From assembly GCA_000182565.2 (NCBI GenBank), contig KQ257472.1: a stretch of DNA of 64,000 nucleotides; one strand, 5' to 3'. The notes under the pieces are model-generated. The model worked only from the letters and a program-made list of their open reading frames with translations, made no database searches and was not told the origin of the DNA. Position numbers and translations under genes: made by a program. This document shows positions 1 through 11,661 of this stretch, in pieces; position 1 is the first letter of the stretch; each line of letters starts with the position of its first letter. The DNA is from Spizellomyces punctatus DAOM BR117. Lineage: Eukaryota.

Positions 1-3000
1 GCAATAACACCGACCTCTCCTTTCAGACACTTTTAGACAATATTTCTTAATGATGTTCATGATTTTAGTGCCTTACAAATTCTTTTGGATAGAGCAATGA
101 CAGGTGGGCTCCGAGGTGAATTCAATAATATCTTTGGTATTGACATCGTGACTCTTGAAAGAGCAATCCCTATCCTATATCATTAAATGTTGCAAGAACA
201 GTAAAATTCCTGTTACGCAGCGAAGGGCTGTTGCTGTGATTCAGCAATTAACAAAGCAAGGTTTGTGTTCGGACCCGTAGGACTGAGTGCATAGGAGCTG
301 ACTTCTGATGCATGCCCTGTAGAGCAAAATCGGTTAGCCGGAAGGAGGGGCATTTCTTTGTTTATATCAATAATGCGTAGTCTAACAATGACATCCAATT
401 AGCGTAATACTTGTACGTCGAGGAATTCTGAAGATTTTCTGCCACATACTTCTACAGCCTGCGGACGAGACGACTTATCGCTATTGCATCATATCGATGT
501 TTCGCTTGGTGCAGAATAAAGGTCGGTTGTCTTCAGCCATTAAAATAGATTATATGTTGGTAAAATTTTCGATAGACCAGCGAAAGGTGCAGATTGTACG
601 TTACGGGATTCTAGGGCCGCTGAAGAAGTTTCTCTCTATATCATCCACTCATAGTAATGATTTGATGTACTGGAGTCTTTTGCTCACGCACCAGCTCTCC
701 CTTATTGGTGAGTGCGCTTTTGGGGCCTGTTACCCATCTTTCTGTGAGCCCAGAGACGCTGACGATAAACATTGATAGATGAGCTACAAAGCGAGCTAAT
801 TGGAACCGGATTTTTATACATACTTGCCTATATGATACGTCTGACATTTGGCAACGCAAGCATGCAAAGGCTATGTCTTCACTCTCTTGTCCGGCTCCTA
901 TCTAAAATGGAGAACACAGGTTCGCTGTAGCGTGACGCTTATACTGATTGGGAGAACTGACCCAAATGTTGCAGAGGTTGTCAAACAAGTAAGCGACAGA
1001 CATACGAATTTGTTTATTGAGGTGTATCTTAATTGGAGCCATCGAAGCTCCAGTCGCTTTTGCAAGTCAACATTGTGCCCCTGTTGGTGACCTGTTTACG
1101 GAACGGTTCGGATGTCGACTACCGATGTTTGTGTGTTCCATATATTCTCAATGCTGACCATTTCATATTCTAGAGGATGTCGAGCTTGCGTCATGGGCGG
1201 TCTTCCTAATACACGAATTTGTCACAAAAGGTGCGGCCATACAGAATTCACGAATATATGAGATATTGAATTACTCTTGGGATGACAGATGTTGCAAAAG
1301 AAAATTTTCAATCCATGAAAGGACTGCTCCCTGCACTTGCTGCACTACTTAACAGCGAAGAAGCTTGTGTCCCTCGTCTGGTTCTCAGGTCATTGAAGTA
1401 TTTGGGAATGAGAAATGGTTCGTGTGGAAAAGACGCGTTAGCTGCAATCTGGTGTCTTCTGAGAACCTTCATTCCAGATCAATATCAAATAGAAATGATC
1501 CGCGCTGGAGTCGTCTCGAAGATCGTGCCATGTTTAATAGGCGGAGAGCACTCCGATCCGGACTCTCCCCTTTGGGCCTTGGTAAAATATCGCCTAGGGT
1601 CCTTTCACGGAAGCCAGTTAGACTTACGTACTGCAACTTGTACACTCAGGCCCTATTGCACGACCTTTTGGCGCACGGTACGTATTTTTGCTTGTGATTG
1701 ATGATTTTCGGAACAGAATCTCGCTGACGGTTATTGGCGTTCAGCTGAAGCACATGCTCAATTTTTGGAAGCTAAAGGATTAGATACATTGATACGCATA
1801 AGCTACGATACAACTGTTCATCTATCGCTGTAAGTAACCTCATACGGGTGGATTGGTAGGCGGTAATCATAATCTAAACCCAAGTGAAGATATATAGCCG
1901 ACATCATTGTGTATCTAGCATCTTCATTGCAAAATCGTGATATGCTAGAGAATTCGGAGGTTTTGGATGCTGTCCTTCACTTCTGCAAATCTGACGAGGC
2001 GGAGCTTCAATATGCCGGTGCTGCGCTTCTTTTGAATCTCGCAACCCTTTCTGGTATGTATATTACTGCACAGCGTCCTAAAGATTCTCAGCGTATTGAA
2101 ATGGTGAGTCATCAGATAAGATGACGGATCGGATTGCAGAAAACGGCAGTATTGAGCTCCTAGCTGACCTGACGCTCCACAGCGACCGAGAAAACATACA
2201 AACGGTCGCCTCGAAGACTTTGACTACATTGACCCGACGAGGTAGGTTGTGACAGTTGAGGTCGTCAATTGCGCTACCGGGGCTTGCATTGATTATCTTG
2301 CAGATCCTTTACTACGGGATCTTATCATTGCGACAGCTATTCGACCCTTGGTTGCGCTGGTCATTGAGGAAGCTGCTCGTACTGTACATATCCTATTCCC
2401 CCGCTCATCGAAGCGACAGTCGGCTTCTGACACATTCAGAGGAGCCCGTGGAGATGGCTGTGTCACAATACAGTCCTTTGAGCTGGGAACGAGCTGTGAA
2501 CCGGAAGCAGACCGGCTTTCCATTGGCGAGCAGTCTGGTTACCCGGAAGTTTTCGAGCGTCTCACTGGCCAGCTCATTAGTCTCACGATCTTCATGGAAT
2601 CTGAGCTGTTCGATATGCCTCCTCGCAAGAAATTGGAGCGCTTGCTTACCACGCTGCTTGATCTCCTGATTCTACCGCTCATGTATGCAGAAGAGGAAGA
2701 TACGCGATCGGTGGATTCAGATGTGCAAATCCTGACACAAACCTCATCGCAAATCGATGCTCTCAAATGCGCGAAATTAGGCCCTGACACGGACGAGAAT
2801 GGGGCCCCGGTTGCGCAGGGATTTGCGCCGGGTTTTGGGAATTTTAAGGACGAAGTTGCGATGCATGCGCTCAAGCTCGTAGCAAAGCTCTTGAAGAACG
2901 GTATATCAACACGTGGGATTCTGTAAAACTCGCTGTCTGATGGATAGTATTTCGTTTCTAGATGATGCCTGTGAATACCTGGTTCAGGAGAATGTCTTCA

Positions 3001-4925
3001 CGGTGATGGTAGCTCTGATGCAGCAGAATCGGCCCAATGTTAGCGAACAGGCCATTGTAGCCTTAAGTGCGGCATCGCTGCTACCTGGTAAGTCCACTTC
3101 AGGCCCCAAATTTCGGTGTATTTATTTGGTATCTGAGCAAGTCTTTCTGCAGGACTGCGAAATGTGATCCTTGATGTCCCGTTCGCATTTACGGGCCTCA
3201 CAAGAGCCTTACTCCGCAATGCGTCTCCCATGCTCCGCTTTCACATTCAATCTTTCTACGAGGCAGTATGCAATTACACTGAACCTGAATTGCGTTCTAG
3301 CCTGGAGGGAGATAACGTGAAGTTCACTAAATCTCAAGCCACACCATACATGCTCGTTTCGCCACAGTGTTGGGAGGTACGGTTCTAACTCAATCGGGAT
3401 TGATGAATAAGGAACAAATACATCTGTCTGATAGATAAGAAATGAATCCTGGACCTTCGAAAGCGTTAGAAGCGAGTTCGGTGTCATAGGAAGCGGGCGC
3501 TGTGCGTACGAGGTTGAGCTTCATACGGATGGAATAGTACAAATCGGATGGGCATCCTCCTTGTGTACCTTCGATCCCGAAGCTGGAACAGGAGTTGGAG
3601 GTACTTTTGTGTATATATTGATCTTGTTACACCTGTCAAAAACGCTGACGGCGAACATATAGACAACCGGTATTCATACGCCTACGATGGGCATCGGAAG
3701 AAAAAATGGCATGGACCTTGCTCTCAAAGTGTACGTAGAAAGCAGACTTAACTATGCCAAGCTTCTGGCAGAGCCTAAGTTGACCGCGTCTTAGAACGAA
3801 TACGGCGACGATTGGTATGAATGGGATGTGATTACCGCGCTGATCGATTTAGATAATAAGGAGATCTCGTATCTTCGTAATGGCGTATCCCTCGGCGTCG
3901 CTTTTGTTGACATCCCCGATGTGACTTGGTTGGATACATACGATTTTTAAAATCGTTGCCATCTAAATATCTAATTGATTACCCCGCCAGGTACCCTGCA
4001 ATATCTCTGGCGTCGGCTCAAGGATGCCGCGTTCGATTTGGCTATCAGCTAGACCCTCTACAGTACGTCATTCAAGAGATGGTTACCCCTGCAGTAGAAG
4101 CATGTCATTGAAAGCGATATAGATACTTGCCGCAGGGGTATGCGTCGATAGCCAGCATTGCTTGTAACGATGCAGAAGTGCTCTCTCCGGATGCACCATC
4201 CGTATATTATGATGCCTCGGAGAGCCCGTCCAATGAGGATCCATTAGGGATATCGAATCTGTCTGTCCCTCTGACAGAGCCTACCTCGTGTGATAGACAC
4301 GAGTTCCTGCCTTCAGCTTATTTTGAGCTCCAACTGGGTATTGGAGGGCCCGAGACCTTTATGTACGCGCGGAGGCCTTTTCTTCTCGCCCAGACACGCG
4401 CATGATGAGTAACAAACCTTCTGTATTTTAGGATCCCGCAAGTTGGAATTGCGGATCGTGACAAAAACATCTTTTTTGTTGGGCTGTGTCCCGGCGGCCG
4501 CTATGTTTTGATGGTTGTGCGGAATCGGGATCCAGATGATAAAACCTTCTTCCGGAAAGACATTAATGAAATGCTAATGCATGAATCAATGGCGACCATA
4601 CAAGACACGGAGATTTTGGCGACATGGCGCGGTCCGCCGGTTCAAGATGGCGATGTGATTGGGTGTGCTATCAGCTTCGCGCAGGGTGCGCTATTGTTCA
4701 CACTTAACGGAAAAGAATTGGGTGCGTTGCTTTCATGGAACATTAGAAGCTGTTGAAAGCAAAATGCTGACTTGGTGTTTTATGACAGGACCAATCGTGC
4801 ATGGTGTCTCGGAAAAGCTTTACGTTCCGTATATTCGCTATGTTCCACGCTTTACACTCAATTTGGGCAAGGCGTCCTTCCTGTGGCCGTTTGGCGTTCC
4901 TTTTGGGATCGGTCGTCTCCTGTGA
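1..4925 (+). CDS. Multi-exon armadillo-repeat protein with two C-terminal SPRY domains (RSPRY1/RNF123-like SPRY, no RING seen); 5' end probably upstream of the window
   Basis: Many short GT-AG exons encode ARM-like helices (LLPALAALLNSEEACVPRLVLRSLKYLG; VLDAVLHFCKSDEAELQYAGAALLLNLA). Spliced exons at about 3435-4070 give a SPRY domain (IRNESWTFESVRSEFG..YEVELHTDGIVQIGWA..GVGDNRYSYAYDGHRKKKW). A second degenerate SPRY lies at about 4300-4900 (GDVIGCAISFAQGALLFTLNGKELG..FTLNLGKASF). Confidence 0.7.
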
Positions 4926-5194
4926 GTGATACCGGAGCTGGGAATTGGCTATCAACCTATTGGTGGCAAATAAACGTGTAATGAAGATATGACTTTCACG
5001 GTTTGAGTAGAGCCCTTTTGATATCATCCTAAGTATAATTTCAAAGCTCATTAAGATGTAGGTAGTTCAATGCATGACACTCCAGCTTGGGCTGTGGGTT
5101 TAAGTCCCAGAATAAGCAGCATCATTGCATTTCTCACAATTCTACATATTTTTATATACATCACACTACATTTCCTATCTAACCAGTATGTCTA

Positions 5195-6119
5195 TCACCA
5201 AGTCTTCTTTTCCCCTCCCCATCGGTCTACTACAACCGCAGGTATGGGTTCTTTCAGGTCAGATGGTTCCTCGACCGTAGAAGTACACTCTGGGCACCGC
5301 GTAGCTTTGATTGGAATATCCTTGCAGCAAAAGATACACGGCTTGGTTTTAGGATCAGCCTTCTTTCTTCTAAATGCTGCGGCATAAACTGACAGATGTA
5401 ACACATTAGTCTCATCCGCCATGCCTTTAAACGCGGTGCCTGTGACTAGACTACCTTTTACAATGAAAAAGACCATCACGGAGATGATGAAGAAATTGAT
5501 AATGGTCTGTACAAACATCCCCCTTGAGAAGCAGATCCAAAACCATTAGATCGCGATTTGCAAATGAAGGTTCGTCGATATGTTTGTTCAAGCATACCAA
5601 TTCCATGTCACGGCGCCGGCTTTCTGTGCATCCGCGGTCGTCTTCCAGAAATCCACACAAGAAGATCGGGGCGGGTATGAGTTTGTCGCATTATTCCGTG
5701 GACAGCGGAGAACCAAAAAGTTGTTTTGCAAGTTTACGGCAGTGCCCAAACTGATAAATGGCGTAACGATATCTTGGACAAGAGACGTCACGATGGCAGT
5801 GAATGCAGCACCCATGACGATACCGACAGCCAAATCAACAACGTTTCCCCTGTTCAAAAATTCTTTGAAGTTGTCCACTACTCCTCCCACTGCTTTAACT
5901 CCCTATTTTCATGGCACCAAGCCAGGCAATTAGCGATCACTCTTGCCTCATGAAGCAGACTATTCGCTTCGCCGCTACCTTCATTGCCCCATTGCCAACT
6001 TGATCTGCAAACTTTTCGACTCCCTTCTTCTTCTTCTGGACGACAGGTTCTGCCATTGGGTATGCATTGTCCTCGTACGGGTACGAATTGTCCGTCGTTG
6101 GGAATGTGTTGCCCTTCAT
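5195..6119 (-). CDS. mscL: Large-conductance mechanosensitive channel MscL homolog, 4 exons (6119-5979, 5902-5598, 5522-5455, 5388-5195)
   Basis: [39 protein letters not shown] is the MscL S1/TM1 signature. TM2 is [23 protein letters not shown]. The tail is [18 protein letters not shown]. Splicing keeps the reading frame at all three GT-AG introns. Confidence 0.92.
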
Positions 6120-6653
6120 TGTGTGTGGAAGGTCACCTATCCAAGGGGAGGTAATAGTTCAGACCCCGGAGCAAGTCTGGAGATGCGAGAGAGGACGACC
6201 GCTGAGAAAAAACAGAAATCAGCCATTTTCAAAAGGCATGGTGTGGAAGGACAAAAGGATCCAAAAATTCAGAACCCCGTTCCATGGCACACAAAATTAG
6301 CGGCAATCGAATATTTGTGAAAATACAACCCGCCAAAGAAATAATTTTGAGTGTTTCAAGGGCCGCCTTTAATAAACAGCAACAACGACACATTTTTTTT
6401 TTAAAAAAGTATCTCATGCGTTTGGAGTAAATCAGCAAGTAAATCGTGCAATTTCCGACACACAGCGACTGATCCTGCTGATTATTTCATCCAATAATTC
6501 ATAACGACACTTTTTTGCTCACAATGAATATCTGTATATTCAACACCACGCCGGAAAATATGCACAATCACGACCGCCCTGGTCGCAATCAGAGTCACTC
6601 TCTACAAGCCAAATATGAATGACAAAAAGGCGGCCAACAAAGCCATATATTTG

Positions 6654-7587
6654 TTTAACGGTAGGACTTTTGGTAGCGTGCACGAGCACCAGCACCACCA
6701 AACTTCTTTGGCTCGCACCGACGGGGGTCAGCTACCAGGAGGGTACGGTCGTAGTGGACAAGGAGGTCCTTGATCTCCTTCTTTGATGCCTCGTCAACGT
6801 CTATTCAATACAATATTAGGACAAGATTGCACGGACAAAAATAGGACGTCCTGTTCTACTCACACTTTTGGTAGAACGCAACAATTGCCTTAGCAATAGC
6901 CTGACGAATAGCTAAATTCCAGAAGAGATGTCAGATCTATTTGAATTTAACAGTGGCGGAACACCGATAAGTAGCATACCGTAAATCTGAGAAACGTGAC
7001 CACCTCCCTCAACACGGACGCGGATGTCCACGTTGGCAAAGCGCTCCTTGCCCAGGATGTAGATGGGCTCGTACACCTTGGTCCTCAAGATCGCAGGCTC
7101 CACCAAGTCAAGAGGCTGGCCATTGATCTTGATCAATCCACGGCCACGCTTGCAGTGAGCTACCGCAGTAGCAGTCTTCTACTCAACCAAAGAGGAAGGA
7201 TGGACCAAATCAGCCAGAAATTCAATAACATCAGCCCCTGAAGCCACCATTCCCCAGACAAGGACAGTTCGATGCTTCCTCCTCAATTCCTCAGTGCCTT
7301 TGCTCTCCCCGCCCGGATCTGTGTTTTCCCGCGTAATACCTCTCCTCCTGCTCATCAATGACGAGAGAGAATTTGGGGACATAGAAATCACGCTCGTCAA
7401 TGTCCACCAAAGTTTAGCCTTCCTCACAATACAAGGCTCTCCAGCCTTCCGCCAGCCTTCCGCCAGCCTGTGTCCGATCCTCATATCACTCATTTCTACA
7501 GCTCCCCATTCCAACGTCCCACCATTGATCAGCAATTGGCCATCAAAATCGCACCTTACGACCGTACGTTTGAACCGCCTCAGTCAT
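6654..7587 (-). CDS. RPS16: 40S ribosomal protein S16 (uS9), multi-exon, with an additional 5'UTR intron at about 7599-7688
   Basis: [71 protein letters not shown]. Confidence 0.96.
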
Positions 7588-7659
7588 GATTACAGTGACT
7601 ATATCCAGAAAAAAAAAGACAGTGTCAGCCCTTCCTTTACTTGGACCCTAGGATGACGA

Positions 7660-7682
7660 CGGATGGATGGATGGATGGATGA
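7660..7682 (+). repeat. (GGAT)n microsatellite in the RPS16 5'UTR intron
   Basis: ggatggatggatggatggatg seen directly. Confidence 0.8.
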
Positions 7683-7764
7683 ACTTACCTATCGTGCGTT
7701 GTGCAAGAGGGCGAGAGGAAGAGGCTCCTGCCGGTTGGGGGCGACGACGGTTTTCAGGACTGTC

Positions 7765-7776
7765 TATCACGTGACT
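7765..7776. promoter_or_regulatory. E-box/Cbf1-type motif TATCACGTGACT in the RPS16/MARVEL-like divergent promoter
   Basis: Matches RTCACGTG; the same 12-mer occurs at 14467-14478, upstream of the SH3-septin gene. Confidence 0.45.
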
Positions 7777-7884
7777 ATGCTCGTCCTAAAATGGTTACAT
7801 TGAGCGCACAGTCATACAGGGCGGAATGCGCAATTTTCGGGACCGTGTTTCTTCCAGGCCCCACTCCAACCTGGCCATTTCGAC

Positions 7885-8924
7885 ATGGCTTCCCAAATGT
7901 CGCAAGGGAACAGCAGCTCAGCGAGTCTCTCAGCAGGAACTCGGGTATATCCACCTTCTCCATCCCAAGCTGCTCCACCGCGTCCTGTTCATGCCAGCAA
8001 CCAATCTCTTGCAAGCACCTCTTCTCTTCACTACCCCCAGCAGGTACCACTGACCGCCTCACCTGCTGGTTCACAATCAGACTTGGGTTCCCTTCGTAGC
8101 CGCACCAACACTCCCGCCAACGGCACGTCACCGGGCTCTGTCCCGCGCTTGAGTCGATCATCCCGACCAGAAATGTTACCACGAAAAAGTGGAACACACT
8201 TGCTCCTTTACACCCGGGCGGTTCCTCTACCGAAACGTTTTGAAACCATCACCGAGTACCGGTTTTTGATGAGAATGACGCAGCTGCTACTTGCCGGAGG
8301 TGAGAGATCCAGGCTCCGGAGACACATTTGACAGGCATGGGAACTCAGAATGCAACACAGAACTAATCTTTTTTGTGTGATAAGCTGCGTTTGCCAGTCT
8401 CGCGACTGCTTCCTTCAACGTGAACTATACATCTGCCGTCCTAGCGGTTTCGGGTATCAATTTGATGTGCTTCACATCCATCTCCTCTATTGTAAGCCAT
8501 CAAAGATTTACTAGTCTGCGAGTACCGCTCCTTCTCATGCTCAGTCTTGTAGTTTGTCTCCTTCGGCTGCATCCTCGTATATTGCTTTCCTGCGTTCATT
8601 GGCGTCCCCCCTCATAGGCATCCTCGGTTCAGCCGAGTGGAAGTCGCGGTCGATTTGGTTTACGTGGGTTTTTGGATTGCGGCACCCTCAGTACTGGTAT
8701 GGTACGGAAAATGTCCACGACTGGCATTTTCAACGGCGCCGGATGCAGTGTCATGTCTACCCTGGAATATGTGCACGGCTTTTGGATATGCTTGCGCGGC
8801 CTTGTTTTTGGGAACCCTAACGATGGGTGTGAGGGATTTGAAACGATTCGGGTTCTGGGATTTGGGTCGCGGTAATGGTGTCATGTGGGCTCGAGGGTCT
8901 TGGAAAGAATGGGCAGAATCTTAA
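7885..8924 (+). CDS. Membrane protein with Ser/Pro-rich N-terminus and four TM helices (MARVEL-like), 3 exons
   Basis: Low-complexity N-terminus, then hydrophobic helices (FLMRMTQLLLAG|AAFASLA; VEVAVDLVYVGFWIAAPSVL; CLPWNMCTAFGYACAALFLGTL) in a MARVEL-like layout. Confidence 0.55.
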
Positions 8925-9153
8925 AAGATCTTTTCGTAGCATCTTCTTTCCAATTAAGTGTACATTGTTTTTTCCTTTTGAAAGATTGTGAGCTCTCGGG
9001 CTTTGGACACGAGTACTCAAAAAGTAGGGCAATTTGTGATTTGGTGCCAAAAACAACGCATATCATTCTCATACTATGAGTGTCCTATCTATGCTACACT
9101 CATACTGTGCATGTCTAATCTGATGCTGCGTTCCATGACGAAATGAAGTCTAC

Positions 9154-10631
9154 TCAAATCTTTATCTTGAGAATTTGGCCACTCGATGCCTTGCGGCCGG
9201 TCAACGGTAAGTGCAAGGCACTATTTGCAATGTACAGATACCCGTCGGGCCCGATAGACATCTGCTCTGGCCACCTCAGAAGAGTGGGATCACGAACAAT
9301 TTGTTTCATGTGACTGGCCGGGGCGGTGGGATCGAACGCACGAATAGAAGAGGTCTGGAAGTCGGATAACAAGATATCACCATTCTTCCCAGTGAGCATA
9401 CCAGTAGATGCTGGCTTGTGTGTTGATGAGATCTCGACAAGTTTATTGGCTAACGTAGGGTCTTTGGCGTCAAATGCCTTCTGTAGCGCTGCTGTAGGAA
9501 CGCGGTATAGGACGTTTGATGCCGTGGCTGCAAAATAGACCCATTCCCCACTCCTATCTACAATGATGGAGGACACAGCTGGCCGCCATGGAAGGAGATT
9601 GAAATATGACCATTTAAGGGGACGCGGCCCCTTAGTGTCCACATCGGTTGTGAACAAGTACGGTTCTGCACGCAGCTTTTTTGAAGACAGGACAATTGCA
9701 GCGGTCAATTGGAATGTGTCCACCTCGATGATAGATGGAAAACCGCGAAGCATAGAACTGTCGGTGATGAATACTCTTCGGCCATCCGGATGCACAGAAA
9801 GGGAAGACAGGGTAGAGCTGACAAAGACGTTTAAACGTGAACGAAATGTAAAAGTCTCATGCTATGGATCTGCTACTTACCCATAGCCTGCCAAGTCAGC
9901 CAGCATGTACCGCATTTTCTCCTTGTTAGTGGTCAAATCCCACCAGACAAGCATTGGGGCCACCGCACCATACAACCCGTGATCAAGTACAAAGAGCGTT
10001 CTATTGTGGATCACGACAGCGGTGATTGCATTGAACCCAAGCTGATTGCGGATGGTTGGAAAAGGTGTATAGGTTTTATTTGCAGGATCCCAATATGCAA
10101 GCTAAACGCATTAAACACCGTTAGTTATACCTCGCAGCCAAACGGAGATTCCCTAGCGAAGTAAACTACCTTGGTGTCATGTCCGTGCTGTGGATGAAAC
10201 GAGAAAAAAATCCGCCCATCATGTGCCACTGCAACACTACCTGGTGGGCTCGGTAGGTCTGCTACGACCTCTAAAGCTGAAGAATCTAGAAGTGGAGATC
10301 CTACTGTGGCGGGCTCCGGGAATGGTTTACCGCCTAGACCTACGAGGGGATGAGTACACAGCGATAGAAACAAGCATGCCCGGACTGTAAGCTTACCCTG
10401 GTTACCGTAGAAAATCACCCACAGGAGTAAACCCACCACTGCGACAGCCAGGACCTTTACAGCAAAGAAAACATACGGGTCCAGGACAATACCGTCCAGT
10501 CGTTGGGGTACCGGCTCCCGCTGTCTCCTTTCAGGACGGGGGGCAGGAGGTCGCTCTACTGGACTCTCTTGCTCTTTTGCGGCAGAGCCCTCTGCCTCAA
10601 TGCCTTTATTCCGTTTCCTGATCTCCGCCAT
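9154..10631 (-). CDS. Yellow/major royal jelly protein (MRJP) family six-bladed beta-propeller with an N-terminal membrane anchor
   Basis: LEVVADLPSPPGSVAVAHDGRIFFSFHP; PFPT..LFVLDHG..PMLVWWDLTT; VFITDSS; LLRWPEQMSIGPDGYLYIANSALH; TM segment VFFAVKVLAVAVVGLLLWVIFY. Confidence 0.75.
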
Positions 10632-10787
10632 ACCTGCTCAACGGGAGTAGAATTGCGGCTCGTTTTTCAGCGATAACCTCCAGTGTGCTGGTGACACAAC
10701 ATTGCGTAAGCGCCGATCAGACTTTCTCCTGACTCATCTCCTGGCTGTGGTTGCTTACTGGGTTAGCTGCCACTAGAATTACTTGGT

Positions 10788-11621
10788 ATGGAAGAGCAGG
10801 GACCGTCCCGTCTTAAGTTCAAGGAGACGAAACGCAAGAAAAAGCACAGAAAAGAAGAGAACACAAGGAAGAAGCAGAAGAAGAAGAAGCAAGGGTCTTT
10901 GTCTCCCCAACTCCCCCCGTACTTTACCAGTCGAGGTCCTATTCTCTACGATGATGGTTACATGCCACCTGAACAGGCACACAAACCAGAGTTTACCAGC
11001 TTATGGGATGATGTGTGGGACGATGAACCGGGCGCTGCCCAAGATTATTGGCAAGCTAACTGGTCGAATTCTGCGTATCAAGAGCCCATCCAAGAGACGT
11101 ATGACGATTGGGCAGATAGAATACGTGCGTCTATGCATGAGAAACGATATGGGGCTGCCGAAAGGATGGCTCGGAAGGCAGAAGAAGAGCGAGCGCGCAA
11201 GCGCAAAGAAGCGAGAGCCGAGGCTGACAGGGAGGAAGAAACTCGGGCGAAAGCACACCAGCAGAAAAGGAACGACCTTGATAACGGGAAATTGTCTGGA
11301 GCTCGCGATAAATACAGATCCGGGTGGACCAAGCTGAAAGCAGCAAACACGGAGAATGCATTTACAATTAAAGATTTACCTATACCCAGCATGAGAAAGG
11401 TACCGATTAGCATTGACTCTGTCAGCAGGTTTTTGTTCGATGGGTGTACGTTCACATTGGAGCAGAAGAAGAGAATGATCAAGGACTCGTTGTTATTATG
11501 GCACCCGGACAAGTTTGCTAGGCACAAGCGACTGTTTAAAGAGAGGGAATGGGATGCCGTGGTGGACGCGGTAAACCAGGTATCACAGGCACTGAACGCA
11601 ATACATGGGACCTTGCAGTGA
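10788..11621 (+). CDS. NFKBIL1-like protein (Lys-rich N-terminus, coiled coil, C-terminal WHPDKF J-domain-like motif), single exon
   Basis: 277-aa ORF containing ETYDDWADRIRASM, a charged coiled coil and IKDSLLLWHPDKF..VNQVSQALN. Confidence 0.6.
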   Translation: MEEQGPSRLKFKETKRKKKHRKEENTRKKQKKKKQGSLSPQLPPYFTSRGPILYDDGYMPPEQAHKPEFTSLWDDVWDDEPGAAQDYWQANWSNSAYQEPIQETYDDWADRIRASMHEKRYGAAERMARKAEEERARKRKEARAEADREEETRAKAHQQKRNDLDNGKLSGARDKYRSGWTKLKAANTENAFTIKDLPIPSMRKVPISIDSVSRFLFDGCTFTLEQKKRMIKDSLLLWHPDKFARHKRLFKEREWDAVVDAVNQVSQALNAIHGTLQ

Positions 11622-11661
11622 CGGTGGACTGATGGTCACACTATATTAATTAAGCGCTATA

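Noticed and set aside
5195-6119. MscL as bacterial contamination
   Set aside because: It has three canonical spliceosomal introns and eukaryotic flanking genes
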